Below, piece by piece: positions 12,101 through 24,100 of a stretch of DNA of 64,000 nucleotides. The notes beneath the pieces were generated by a model. That model had not been told where the DNA came from. It saw only the letters and a list, made by a program, of their open reading frames with translations, and did not search any database. Source of the DNA: Rhynchobatus australiae (Eukaryota); assembly GCA_034780895.1 (NCBI GenBank), contig JAUZTB010000087.1:29593259-29657258 (forward strand), in the 5' to 3' direction. The translations under genes were made by a program, and so were the position numbers. Every line of letters begins with the position of its first letter. Within the stretch, counting starts at the first letter, position 1.

Positions 12101-15100
12101 TAGGTTAATTTGGGTTTAAAATGGTCAGCGCGGACTCATTGGGCCGGAAGGGCCTGTTACCACGCTGGAAATAAAATTTTAAAAATATTGGGCAATTTAT
12201 ATAAACAATGTTTTACTTGGGCCGCAGCAAAATTTTGTTCATTGAAAGCAATTTTCCATGTAATTTTTATGATCCAGCTGTTTTCAGAATAGATGTACCT
12301 GCTGGGCATCATGTACATCAAAAGATTTTAAAATCATGAACCTTAGACATGTTTTATTGCTGAACTGATGGAAAGCTCAGAAAAAATCTTGTTTATTTTC
12401 AAAAGGGAAATATTGTTCAAATGTAAATATTTCTCATTAACCTCACATTACCTGAAAAAAAAAGTACAGCTCAAGAAGTTTGATTTGTACAATGCTTAGG
12501 TGCTCAATATTTCAAATTTTCCAGTTGCTTTCCCCACTGCCATACAATCTTCAAGGGAGTGTGGCAAAACACCAATTCCTGATATATAAACACTAGGTGC
12601 AAAACCAGCAAGGTTCAGAGTCTGGACAATGGCTACTGACACATTACTTAATAATGTGGCACTTCACAACTAAATCCTAACTTGTCTTTATCTATATCCT
12701 GACACAAATGAAATGTAGATTAGAAATTACTATTGTAATAAATTATATTTTCTCTTGCACACAATGACTTGCTTTTTGACTTCACCTCTACAGACCAAGA
12801 GACAAGCTTGTGATATCCTTTAGCTATGTTCTGCATCAGAATATGCATTTGCTCACGCACCCAGGGAAGAGATGAGAGAGAAAGTACATGGCGCAGAACA
12901 TCTCAACTTCAAAAGGCTAGTAAGTTACTGTGCAAGAGACTTGTACAAATTATCTATGAAATGACATTAAGTTGTGGATTAGTAGCAGCCAAAGGGCAGT
13001 CAAGGAGAGTTGTTTGACTAAAACAAGGAGAGTAAGTACAACATTGAAAGTGAAGATGGGCATAGGCACATCAATGGTTGTGCAGGTTTTTTTGTTATTT
13101 ATTCGTGCACAAGATGTGGACTTTGCTGAGAATGTCAACATTTATTTTCAATGCATTATTACCCCAGAGGTGGATTTGGAGTCACACTTCAGCCAGACTA
13201 TATTAAAATTGTAGAATTTCCTCTCTGACAGATGTTAGTAAACTGGAAGGGGTTATTACATCAATCCAGTAGTTTTTCTGTAAATTTTGTATTTTTATTC
13301 AATTACTTTAATTTAAATTCTCCCAACTGCCATAGTGGAACATGAAATGTCTCGATCAATTGTCCAGCATTCCAGCTGCTGGTCCAGTGACTGAACCACT
13401 GGCAAATGAAAAATGGTGGATGTACTAGCACAAAGGAAAATTTAAAAAAGACAGTTTGTCAATTTGACATCCATCATATGAAAGAAGTGTGAATACTGAC
13501 TTTAAAAAAACAAGGTGCTGAGATCTATTATTGCGTTAGTTGAATTCAATGGCGGGGGGGGGGGGGGGGGTCATGAAGAAGCTGGGAAATTTGACCATTA
13601 TGCCAAACTTGGAATACTGCAAACACTGAGCATGGTAACTGAACCATTTATAACTTGGAGCTGTTGATGAACTCAATATGACCAATCTCCAAGGACAGAA
13701 GAAACTAAGCAATACAATTTGAACTAGGGTTCAAATCTCAAAAAATCTTCACTTGGAGGGGTACACAAAATAGTTAACTTAATAAAGTAAGTGGAATAAA
13801 AGGCATTTTTGCTGCATCACTTTGCATGACAAAAGGGGACATAAATACTTCTTTATGCTCAGGGTAATCATCAATTGGACTGAATGCTAAGGATAACAGT
13901 TCGAGCCAGTACACAGGATTTATGATCAAAATAATGTAACTGGTTTTCTGGATTAAATAAAATTATACAAAAAGATGTCCAACATACATTGTTCACCAGT
14001 AATCAAAAGCTTTAATCTTGTATGATTCCTGCATCTTTTGCAATTGGGTTCTCTATGTAAAGAGAACCATTAATATTTCAGGAAAAGGATAGCAAACAAA
14101 CAGCAATTTACAAAAAATTGCCAACAAGGTAACATGGGATTACAAGATCTATAGTCTCCAAGATCCCAACTCAAAGTATGTTAGATTAAATAAACAGGTA
14201 ACTTTAAAATGGTACAAGTTCCCACACTGGTAGAAGATGAATGATTATTTGTTTTAGTGGAGCTAGTTAATACATAAATGTTGGTCAGTAAAATAAAAGT
14301 TTATAATACTCTAACCCAGCAGCAGGAGTTAACACATCTTGTCCAAAGCATAGAGCCCTCTAGAATCCTGGTAAGTGGTGTGTTCATTGTATTTTGTCTG
14401 CTGCAGTTAGAACTTGCTTCTTGGATTACTGGCATTGTCTTTAACAATTTAAGACGGGATATACCTAGTAGAAATAGAACATTAGCAGGGAAACAGCTCT
14501 GCATACAAGGAATTGCTGAGCATTTTTTAAAAAAATGTTGAATTTCTACTTTGACTCATAATTGTGGCTTTTGTAGAATTTTATTTTCAATTAAGAGCAG
14601 CTAAATTTTGAATGGTTCTCATGGAGAGCGATCTACAATACCCTGCCCATTGTGGACGATCAAACAAAAGTTTTGATTTTTCTGTTTAAATGACTATCTT
14701 TCATGCTGACCTGCCAAGGGACAACAGTGGATTGGTCTGGGATGGTCAGATTTTATGAGTACAAGCCAGGATTGTGCTTGAGCAGATTTGGGCAAGTAGT
14801 TTTGTCATGTCTCCAATATTACACGTGTGTTAGTTACAGCTACATACCTGGTCCATGAGTGATAGATACATATGCATTTTTCAGCCAAAATTACAATGAC
14901 AAGCCAAAATAGCCAATGTGTTTCCAGGCAAAGTCATGGCCCCAAAAATAATAGATTTCATTAAGTGCAACGACTATGGAATTCTTCAACGTTTAGAAAC
15001 CAAATTCAAGTCCAGCCACAGTCCAATGAAGTGAAACTGCACCCGTTACTTTTTTTTTTGAAAAATGAAATTAGCTTGTGCAGAACCAATCCAGATCCCA

Positions 15101-18100
15101 GTGGGTGTGGACCCACAGCACAAAGTTATTTGTAATTTGGCAAACACACTCAAAAACTAATGGACCATTGGAATGGGTAAGGCAAGTACCATGTACACAA
15201 AGAATGCTATTCCAGGGTCAAGGATGAAGAATGCAGTAATGTGGAATAGGAGCAACCCAACCCCAATTTCAGTGTACCCTGATCTGGGAATGCTTTGCTC
15301 CTAACTAGCAATTCCTAAAATGGAAATGCATCAATTTTCAGTACCAATATCTCAACTTGAGGGCAATTAAAAAGAAATCCACACCATTATTGAGAATTGT
15401 TGGTTGCTGGTTTCATCCCCAGTTGCATGTAATAGCATGGGGTAGACCAATAAGGTGTTTCGGAGTGAGAGTCTCACCTCATATGAGGAAAAAAAGTTTT
15501 TAAAAAAATGCAACTGCTATTCCTACCAAGTTGTTGCAATAGCTTAAATCTCATGCTCTTATATCAAGGTCAAAAATAACTTTCAATTCCTTTGAATGAA
15601 CCTATATTTTAAAATTCATAATCCACTTCATCAGCATCTTCAAACTAAACTATGTGGAATCACAATACATTTATCACATCCAGATATACAAAAAATGACA
15701 ACTACAAATTATATTTACCAAAAAAAGTGTTCTGCTAATAGCCAAGTGCCTAGCTGTTTTGAGAATTCTCATGAAGAGTTACACTTTCAACAAATTTTAT
15801 GCAGCCAGACGGTCATTATACTACCACTAGGTGCCACTATAGCAATTTACAATTGCGACAAGAGTTCCAAAACACTTATTACAAACATCCAGCAAGAGCC
15901 AACTAAAAGTGCACTAAAAATGTCCAATAAAGCCAAGCTCCAGGTACAAGCCCTCAATGTAACAAAACTGAAATCAATCTTAAAAAAATATTTTTGGGTT
16001 GACAAAGTATTCCAATGCAATTTTCCAAAATGATCCATTTGCAATAATTAATATTTGGAGCTTGGGATCCAAATATACACCACCTTCTCAATATTACGAT
16101 GGAACAAAATATAATTCAACACAAGACAACCACATCTCATTGTGAAATTTGGAAGAGTATCACCTTGATAACTTGCTTCCAACACTATTTTTCACAACTA
16201 TGTTATTTGCTAGGCAGGACCTGGACCAGCAACCAGCATTACATTTTTAATGTTACCTGATTTTAGTCTAAATGCTGCTGGAAATTTTATACATATTAGA
16301 ATAGTTATTTTTATAACAAATATCAAGACAACTGACTAGCCTCCAACATTGTCACTAGAAAAAAATTAACAATACCTTAATGATACAAGTAATTACCATG
16401 GAAGGCAAAAAAAATCAGCTGAATTATGTTTACTCCAAAGAAATTCTCCTACTAGATAACAAATCAACTCGAGCATTTCAAAACAAAAGATCAGGTTTAT
16501 AAAAGGTTTAAATAACAAATATTTTAAATTTTGGCCATTTCAGAGAATCAAACAGTTCCCTATTTGTGCTATTTGTGCAGGATGTGGGGAGTTGGTATCA
16601 TTTCATTCGAGTTCATATTCTGCAAAAATAAAGCATTTTGATTCGGATAAAATACATAGCATAAGCTTTTTGAAGCACATCTGTAATGCGAAATAGGAGG
16701 TTCAGTTCCATTTCTAATATTCGCTCTTGATACCAAAATACAATTTGATTTCAATTTACTGAAGTATTTTGATAAGGGTATGCTGCAGTTATACAAATCT
16801 TCATTCAGTAATTAAATTTGTGGGCTGCAACAAGGGGAAAGCACAATCTTTATATTAAAAATACAGACATTTCAGTGGTTGACTGGAAATTCTCTTTTCC
16901 TGAGCAGCTAGTTTGAGCCAAAATGGCCCCCTGGAAGTAGTTTCTTATTACTTCAAATTCCAATTTAACTGCAGCGATACAATATCCATGTCAAAGTGGC
17001 ATTGGCTTTTAACAAAATATGAAATAAAACTGTCCTCCAATTTAGGCAATATTCTTTATTTCAGCTTTTTGTGGCTTAAACTACTATGATGACAAAGGTC
17101 AATGAATATAAGATCATATTGAATCAAAGTTTAAGGGAACAAACTAGTCAAAATTGAGATAATGCCCATGCATTGAGACAGCTCAAGGGCAAAACAGATA
17201 TCAATGTTTGGTAACAAACTTGCTGAATATATTTTCCAGTTAGTGTGTGTGATTTTTAATTTTCAAATGAGTTTACCTTCTAATTTCAAGCCCATTTTAC
17301 TTTTTTTTCTTAAAAAGGAGAGTGGCAATGAGAGTTTGCAAACTTCAGAAATCTGAAATTAAAGGAAAAGGCTGGAAATGCAAAGCAAGTATCTGATAGA
17401 CAAAGAAAGTTCACATGCTGATGTATGACCCTTGATTAGGGCTGCTCAGTTGTGATAGTATATTATAATCAAAATACAGGCTTTAGTTTATCTTTCAGAT
17501 ACTGACTGAGCTCTACATATCCAACTTTCAAATGTCAAGAGCTACTTAAAAGGAATGGCAATTTTTGGCTGGCTAGAAACAGCATTGCCACTTACAGTAG
17601 TCCAAATAAAGCATTGCATCTACAGTTCTGTCTCTCAATAAATCTAACAAATATCCATTTGCACCTAAAAGCTAGTAGATGTGAGCAAAGGCAAAGTATA
17701 AAAGAGGACCAATTCTCAACCCACCTGCCATGATGTCATCAAGAGTGTCAGTTAGCGTCTGTGCTGGAGTTGCAACCATGAATCCATCAGGTGCTTGAGC
17801 TAAGAGTCCCTGTCCAAGTCCAGCAAGTTGTGCCTGTCCTAACAAAGGCTGATTCACAATTACTCGCTGTAGATCGGGTACGTTAGTGATAGGATAAACA
17901 GAACTAGTAAAGTTTGGAGATACTTGTGTTGCTAAAGGTTGAATAGGAACAAACCCCATTTGGGTGGCAGGTGGCTGCTGCTGGCCATCTCTGTGCAAGA
18001 TGGTGTCCACCTGAGGCAACTTTGAAAAGTCTTCCTCTGGCAGACATTCACCAGTCCCCACCTGAGAGAACAGTCCTCCATGTGGGCATTGCTGCTGTTG

Positions 18101-21100
18101 TTGCTGGAGCTGAAGCGTCTGTTGTTGACCCTTGGCTTCCAAGTACTCTTTGGTAAACTGCTGCTGAGTTTTCAGCTGCAATTCCCTTTCAACCTTTTGC
18201 AGCTCTTTCAAAATCTTTTTCTTCTTCTGTACTTGCTCTTCTCTGCTCTTTTTTAGTTCTTCTATCTTGTCTTTGGTTAAAGTGTCTCCCTGAATCAATT
18301 CTAGTGACTTCAACTGTGCCTTCTCAATAGCGTTAATTCTTTGTCCCAGCTCTGTCAGCTTGCCTTCCGTCTCTTCCACAATGCATTCTAAAGGCTGGTA
18401 CTGGTGGAAGGGCTGGACATCCTGTTCCGCTACCTGCAGGGGACTGGACTTCTGCTTGGATGTACCTAAGCACACGAAAAATGTTTGAAAAAATGCCATG
18501 CAAAAATTACTTACCCATGTGTAACCACTGTAAACTTTTCACCACATTGTGGCTTTTATTCAGTCTAGCACTGAACATAAACTTTTCTACATTTGCTTTG
18601 TTCAATCTAATGAAGAATTTGCATTCCAGATATCAGTTTTGCAAGTTTTCGGAAATTATTTGCCATCATTTTTTTGTCAAAGAAGAAATGGGAAAGGAAA
18701 AAAAATTAAATAGTTTCCACAATAGAATTTCTAGAAAATGGTAATTTTGGATAATAGGGTTAAAGTACAATTATAGTAAAAATGCTGGGTAGCATTAGAC
18801 CACTTTTTTTTTGAATACTGCAATATTATCGTCTCAGGATCGACAATTCCTTCCCCGATTTCAAGTCAACATGCCTCTTCTCCAACTACTACAAATATAA
18901 TCTAAATTGGTCTTCAAATAATTGTCTCACAGGACAACCATAAAAGTAATTAGCTTCTCTGAATTACATTTAAGCTGTTTATCATTGGACCATTCCTTTG
19001 TCAAGCACCAGATGTCTGAACTAAACATAAGGTGCAATTAAGAGCTTAAAGAAACCATCTTAAAATTTTGAATTATGCTACTTTAGAATTCCCAATCTGT
19101 ATTTAATTTTGAACTGTAGAAAGTTGATAATCAAAATAATTGCAGATCAAAGTATTGTGAATACATTCTGACAGATTCTCTAGATTTCTTTTAAAGATGT
19201 GCCTGATTGAAATTATACATTCACTTTGAATAATGCAAATTTTGTCTTCTATAAAGCTAGAGCCACATGGAAGAAGATTATGAACCTGAAACATGCAAAT
19301 ATTTGAGATTTCCAAATTACTTTTATTTTTCAAGTCAACTTCAAGATTGCAGGATAATTTCCTTTGATGGTTCTATTGGTTCATGCAACATTGCTCGAGG
19401 CAGTACTAAGCCAGTGAAGTTGCAGATTTAATTTCTGGTGTTTATGACGCACCAAGGCCAAGGGGATGGAGTCTAGTTACATGTTGCCTCAGAACCACTG
19501 CTCGATAAAGGCAGAAACAGTTAGGTACACAGTTATCATTCCTCACAAGTATCACGTGATCCTTGCTGGGAGTGAAAACCTCGTACACAAAATTAAAGTA
19601 ACCTTTAATGGCCTTCTGCACGTATCCTATATGCACTGTCGCTTTCACCCATTAATGCATTCCTTGTCCAACAAACAACAATTTGAAAAATTCTTAACCT
19701 TTCAAATCACCCCCTTCCTTCTCCATCTCCTCTAGCACACTGCAAACTCCCAAAATCCCTGCATTTTCCAATTCTGATCTCCTGAACATCCCTGATTTTA
19801 ATCTCTCCACTAATGGCAACCATACCATGCACTACCTTATCACTATACTTCAGAATTCCTTCCCTAAATCTCTCCCGTTTTCTCCTCACAGTAAAAGCTC
19901 TTTGACCAAATCTTGGGTATCTTTCAGACAAGGTTCCAGAGAAGTACCTTGGGAAATTTTGCTGCACAAAAAGCTGCTATTTAATGCTACATAGGCTCAC
20001 ACTGAACAAATAATTGGGCAAAAAGCAGAGGGAATTTTATCATAAAGCTATAATACAGAATGTTAGAGACAGAACAGTGATTAAATAAACAATCCATATC
20101 CATTTCCAGGAGATAGGTATTAAAGTGGCTGTATTTGCTTGAAAATACACTTTATATGCCAAAGGTAGATGCACTATGTCACTGCTTTTAATTTCATTTT
20201 GATTGGAGACATGGGAAGGAGAAGAAATGCATTAGCAATAAGGACAATAATGATAGCTCAAAACACATGTAATTTTTACAAGAGGAAATACGAATACTGA
20301 AGCTCCAGTGCTGCCTCATTAACTGCATAGGTCATACAAATAGTTAAAAATAATTAACTCACTAATCTTAATTGTTCATTTAGTAAGGAAGTCAGAAATT
20401 ATTCCACAAAAATTTATTACTCAAGAAAGCATGAAGAAACCTCACAGAAAAATTTTTTCTCCCTTTTAATTTTTTATTTGAAATATCAGTTTACTAACAA
20501 AGATCCAAGGCCTGTTTTCGGTGCTGTCAATGATTGGCTAATTGGTATCACTGACTCAGAGCAAATTTTCAGTATAGGTAATTTTTGTTTTACATTGTGC
20601 ATTAAAATACTGCCATGATTTGCTTATGGAAAAAATACAGCATTTTTATGCAAAACTATTGGGCAATATTGTCATTTACCATAATGCATCAAAATCACCG
20701 GATATTTTTAACCAATATTTACAATATGCACATTTGCACAAATGGCAAAAGAGATGGGCACAATTTATCAAAGCCTCCTTTAACAATAAACAGAATAGAC
20801 TTTTTGGAATTTGTTTCTATATATCCTTCCATTTTTTTTAGAAAAGTTGATTTTAACACATGTCTGAAACAAAAACAAGGAAGGATACAAATAAGATGAG
20901 CTAGTTTACATCTAATTATTATATGCCTTAACCTTGCAAAGTAAGCTTTCAAAGTAATAAAAAAACTGGCAAGGGGACACAGAAATAGTTATTCATATAA
21001 CTATTCATTTTGAATACTTAAAACATTCCTTGTATCAAAAAAAATTAATGTCATCAATAACCTAAAATTTAGTGAAGACATCAGAATCACAGATTGAAAC

Positions 21101-24100
21101 AGCCCACTTAGTCTCTTAGCACTGCTGATATTATTTTTAAAAATTAAACTGAAGTGATTTAACAACTTCTTAAAAATAAGACAGCTCGTTCCTACTATAT
21201 TGCAATCTTTTGGAGAAAATGTTTTAAATTTTAAATTCTTTACTGATACTTTTGAAGATCCATAATTAGATCTTAAGGAAATCTATGCATTAACAGATTA
21301 TAAATTAACAGCATCATATTCATTTTCAAAATTGATTTGTTGTATAATAATAGATGCTATTTACAAGTATAGATTTTTGCTAGCTATATTTTAAGAACAA
21401 GTCAAAATATTCAATGCTTCTGATAAAAAAAAATGAAGCCTTGACTAAGAACAGCAAGGTGGTAATCATGTAGAACACTTAAAACGGATATTTTCATTAA
21501 GGCAATTTATTGATTCCTGCATTTTTGTGCTGAACATCTTAAAATGGAACTGCTTTTATATTGTTGTACCAATGTGATAAGGGTCATCACCTACTGTGTG
21601 AAATCTTACGTCCAGGGACACAAGATTTTCACACAGCATGCAGGAACCCATATGCGAACCTGTTGCAGTTGCTAAGAATTGTTCTCCTTTTAAAACAATG
21701 TTCTCTTAGACTGGTTTGTTTTAAGAATGTGGCACAGAGTAATTGACTTTTAAAGACATCTTTTGTTTATTTGGGAAACCTCAATATAAAAAGGAGGCAA
21801 TCTTTTGTTATCAATATAGTTAACTGCATACCAACAACATTGAGCATTTTACAGTGAAGCCTGTTAAGGTGAAACAGAATTGCATACTGGGCCTCAGCTA
21901 CAATACCACTGTTGGTTTCTCCTTCTACATAAAAAAAAATTCCAACTTAAAGAGTTTATGTGGTAAATGGGATTAGTATAGTTGGGTGCAATGGTCAGCA
22001 CAGATGTGAACTGTTCCTGTGCTGTATGCCTTTGACACAGAGCTTGGCAAGAATAGGCCTTCTATTTTTAAAGTTAGCAAACCCTTCAGCAGTAAATCTC
22101 CTACAATTCAAGCTGCAGCACCTGCCAAAGATACTGAAGTTGATCTGAAATATTTTTTTACACAACCAACTGTAATCTTTGGCTGGACAAACATTTACAC
22201 AGGGTGTGACTTGGGACAAATAGGACAGGGTTGCAATAACAATGTTAGGTAACAGGATGAGCGGCCAGAGGTCTGGACCATTGATCCAGAGACACTAGTT
22301 TGAGTCACATTGCAACAAGTAAGGAATTTAAATTCAAGTTAGTCAAAATAACTGGAATCAAGAGTTTAAAGCTAGCCTCAATAAGAGTGGCCATTGAACT
22401 GCTCAACTGTCATAAAAAACCATCTGGTTGACTCATGTCCTTCAAGAAAGAAAATTTTATATCATACAAAAGACTCTAGACACACCAAGTTACTAGATCT
22501 TTGAGGCCTACCACCCCACCAGCCTGTGCATCCAACATGGCTCTGCCATCTACAACAGGATCCCACTACCAGTTACATTGTCCCCTCTCCTTTCCCTAGG
22601 GATCACTTTCTCCATGACTCCCTGGTCCAGTCATCCTTCTCCACCCACCCCCCTCCCTCCCCAGGCACTCTCTCGTAACGACAGAAGTGTAACACCTGCC
22701 CCTACACCTCCCACTATCCAGGGCCCTTCCAAGTGAGGCAGTCTTTCACATGCAAATCCCTGCATTATTCATTGCATCCAGTACTCTCATTGCAGCCTCC
22801 TCTACATCAGAGAGACCTGACACAGATTATATGACCACTTCGCTGAGCGCCTTTGCTCCATCCGCCGTGGCCACCTGGATCTCCCAGTTGCCAGCCATTT
22901 TAGATCTCCTTCTCATTCCACACTGACNNNNNNNNNNNNNNNNNNNNNNNNNNNNNNNNNNNNNNNNNNNNNNNNNNNNNNNNNNNNNNNNNNNNNNNNN
23001 NNNNNNNNNNNNNNNNNNNNNNNNNNNNNNNNNNNNNNNNNNNNNNNNNNNNNNNNNNNNNNNNNNNNNNNNNNNNNNNNNNNNNNNNNNNNNNNNNNNN
23101 NNNNNNNNNNNNNNNNNNNNNNNCCCCCTCCTGTCCCCATCACCCCCTCTCCCCATTGCCCATATACTCTTCCTACAGGTTCCCACCTCCCTCTCTTTAT
23201 TCCATCTGCCACCTTCCTCTCCTTTCAGATTCTATGATTTTCAGTCCTTTGTCAAATTAGAGGAATTGCACCTCATATTCCACCTTAGTCTGCAACCTGG
23301 CAGCATGAACATTTATTTCTCTAACTTATCCACCTATCACCCCCCAGCTCTGATGTCATTCCCACTCTTCCCCTCCCCTATCTCCCTATCACCTCACCTG
23401 GATCCACCTATTGCCTGCCAGCTCTTACTCTACTTCTTCTCTCCATCTTTTTATATCGACTGTATCTCCTCCATTTTTAAGTCCAGGTGAAGGGTCTCCA
23501 CCCAAAATGTCAACTGTCCATTTCCCTCCATAGATGCTGCCTGACTTGCTGAATTCCTCCAGCATTTCTGTTGCATTAATTGTAAAACCTTGGCCAATCT
23601 GTTCAATGTTAAAGGCCCTATTAGTCTCTCAAGGATTGGTTTCTATTCTTGGAATGTAATAAAGCCTAGCAGATACTCACCTTGACCTCCAAATACAGGC
23701 ATCCATAGGACTTCAAATTTGCATCTTTTGGAGGGGGCAAGTGAATGCATTGTTCCTGTTATCAGCAACCATTGTGTACCTCTATCAATATTCTTATCAG
23801 AGAATTTAAGGTTCTGCTCTTCCCCCTACCCTACCCCACCCCTGCCTCACCATTTGCATTTCTAAAACACCTGTTGTAAAATAATCCGGGCCCAAATTAC
23901 ATCCTTAGACACACCTTTCCCCGTTTATTCAAACTCCACAAAATTTCTAAGACTAAACTGGGTGCCTCTATACATTCTGAAACCTGTCCTGGATTGCACA
24001 TCTTAGTAGTGCTAAGAAATCCACTTTTGTATAATATGGCTCCATTAACATATATCACATTTACCTAAAGTAGTAGATGACATAATGACCCTTCTTATTT

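Noticed and set aside
12827-12901. 9-bp inverted repeat atgttctgc/gcagaacat around a purine-rich loop
   Set aside because: A short stem expected by chance in 64 kb; no snoRNA boxes or miRNA-like hairpin.
21610-21659. Possible 50-nt exon (cag|...GAC|gtaaga)
   Set aside because: No pyrimidine tract or branch point, and a frameshifting length.
23681-23724. Strong donor AAG|GTGAGT with a possible 44-nt exon
   Set aside because: Weak AAAAG acceptor, frameshifting length and no other support.
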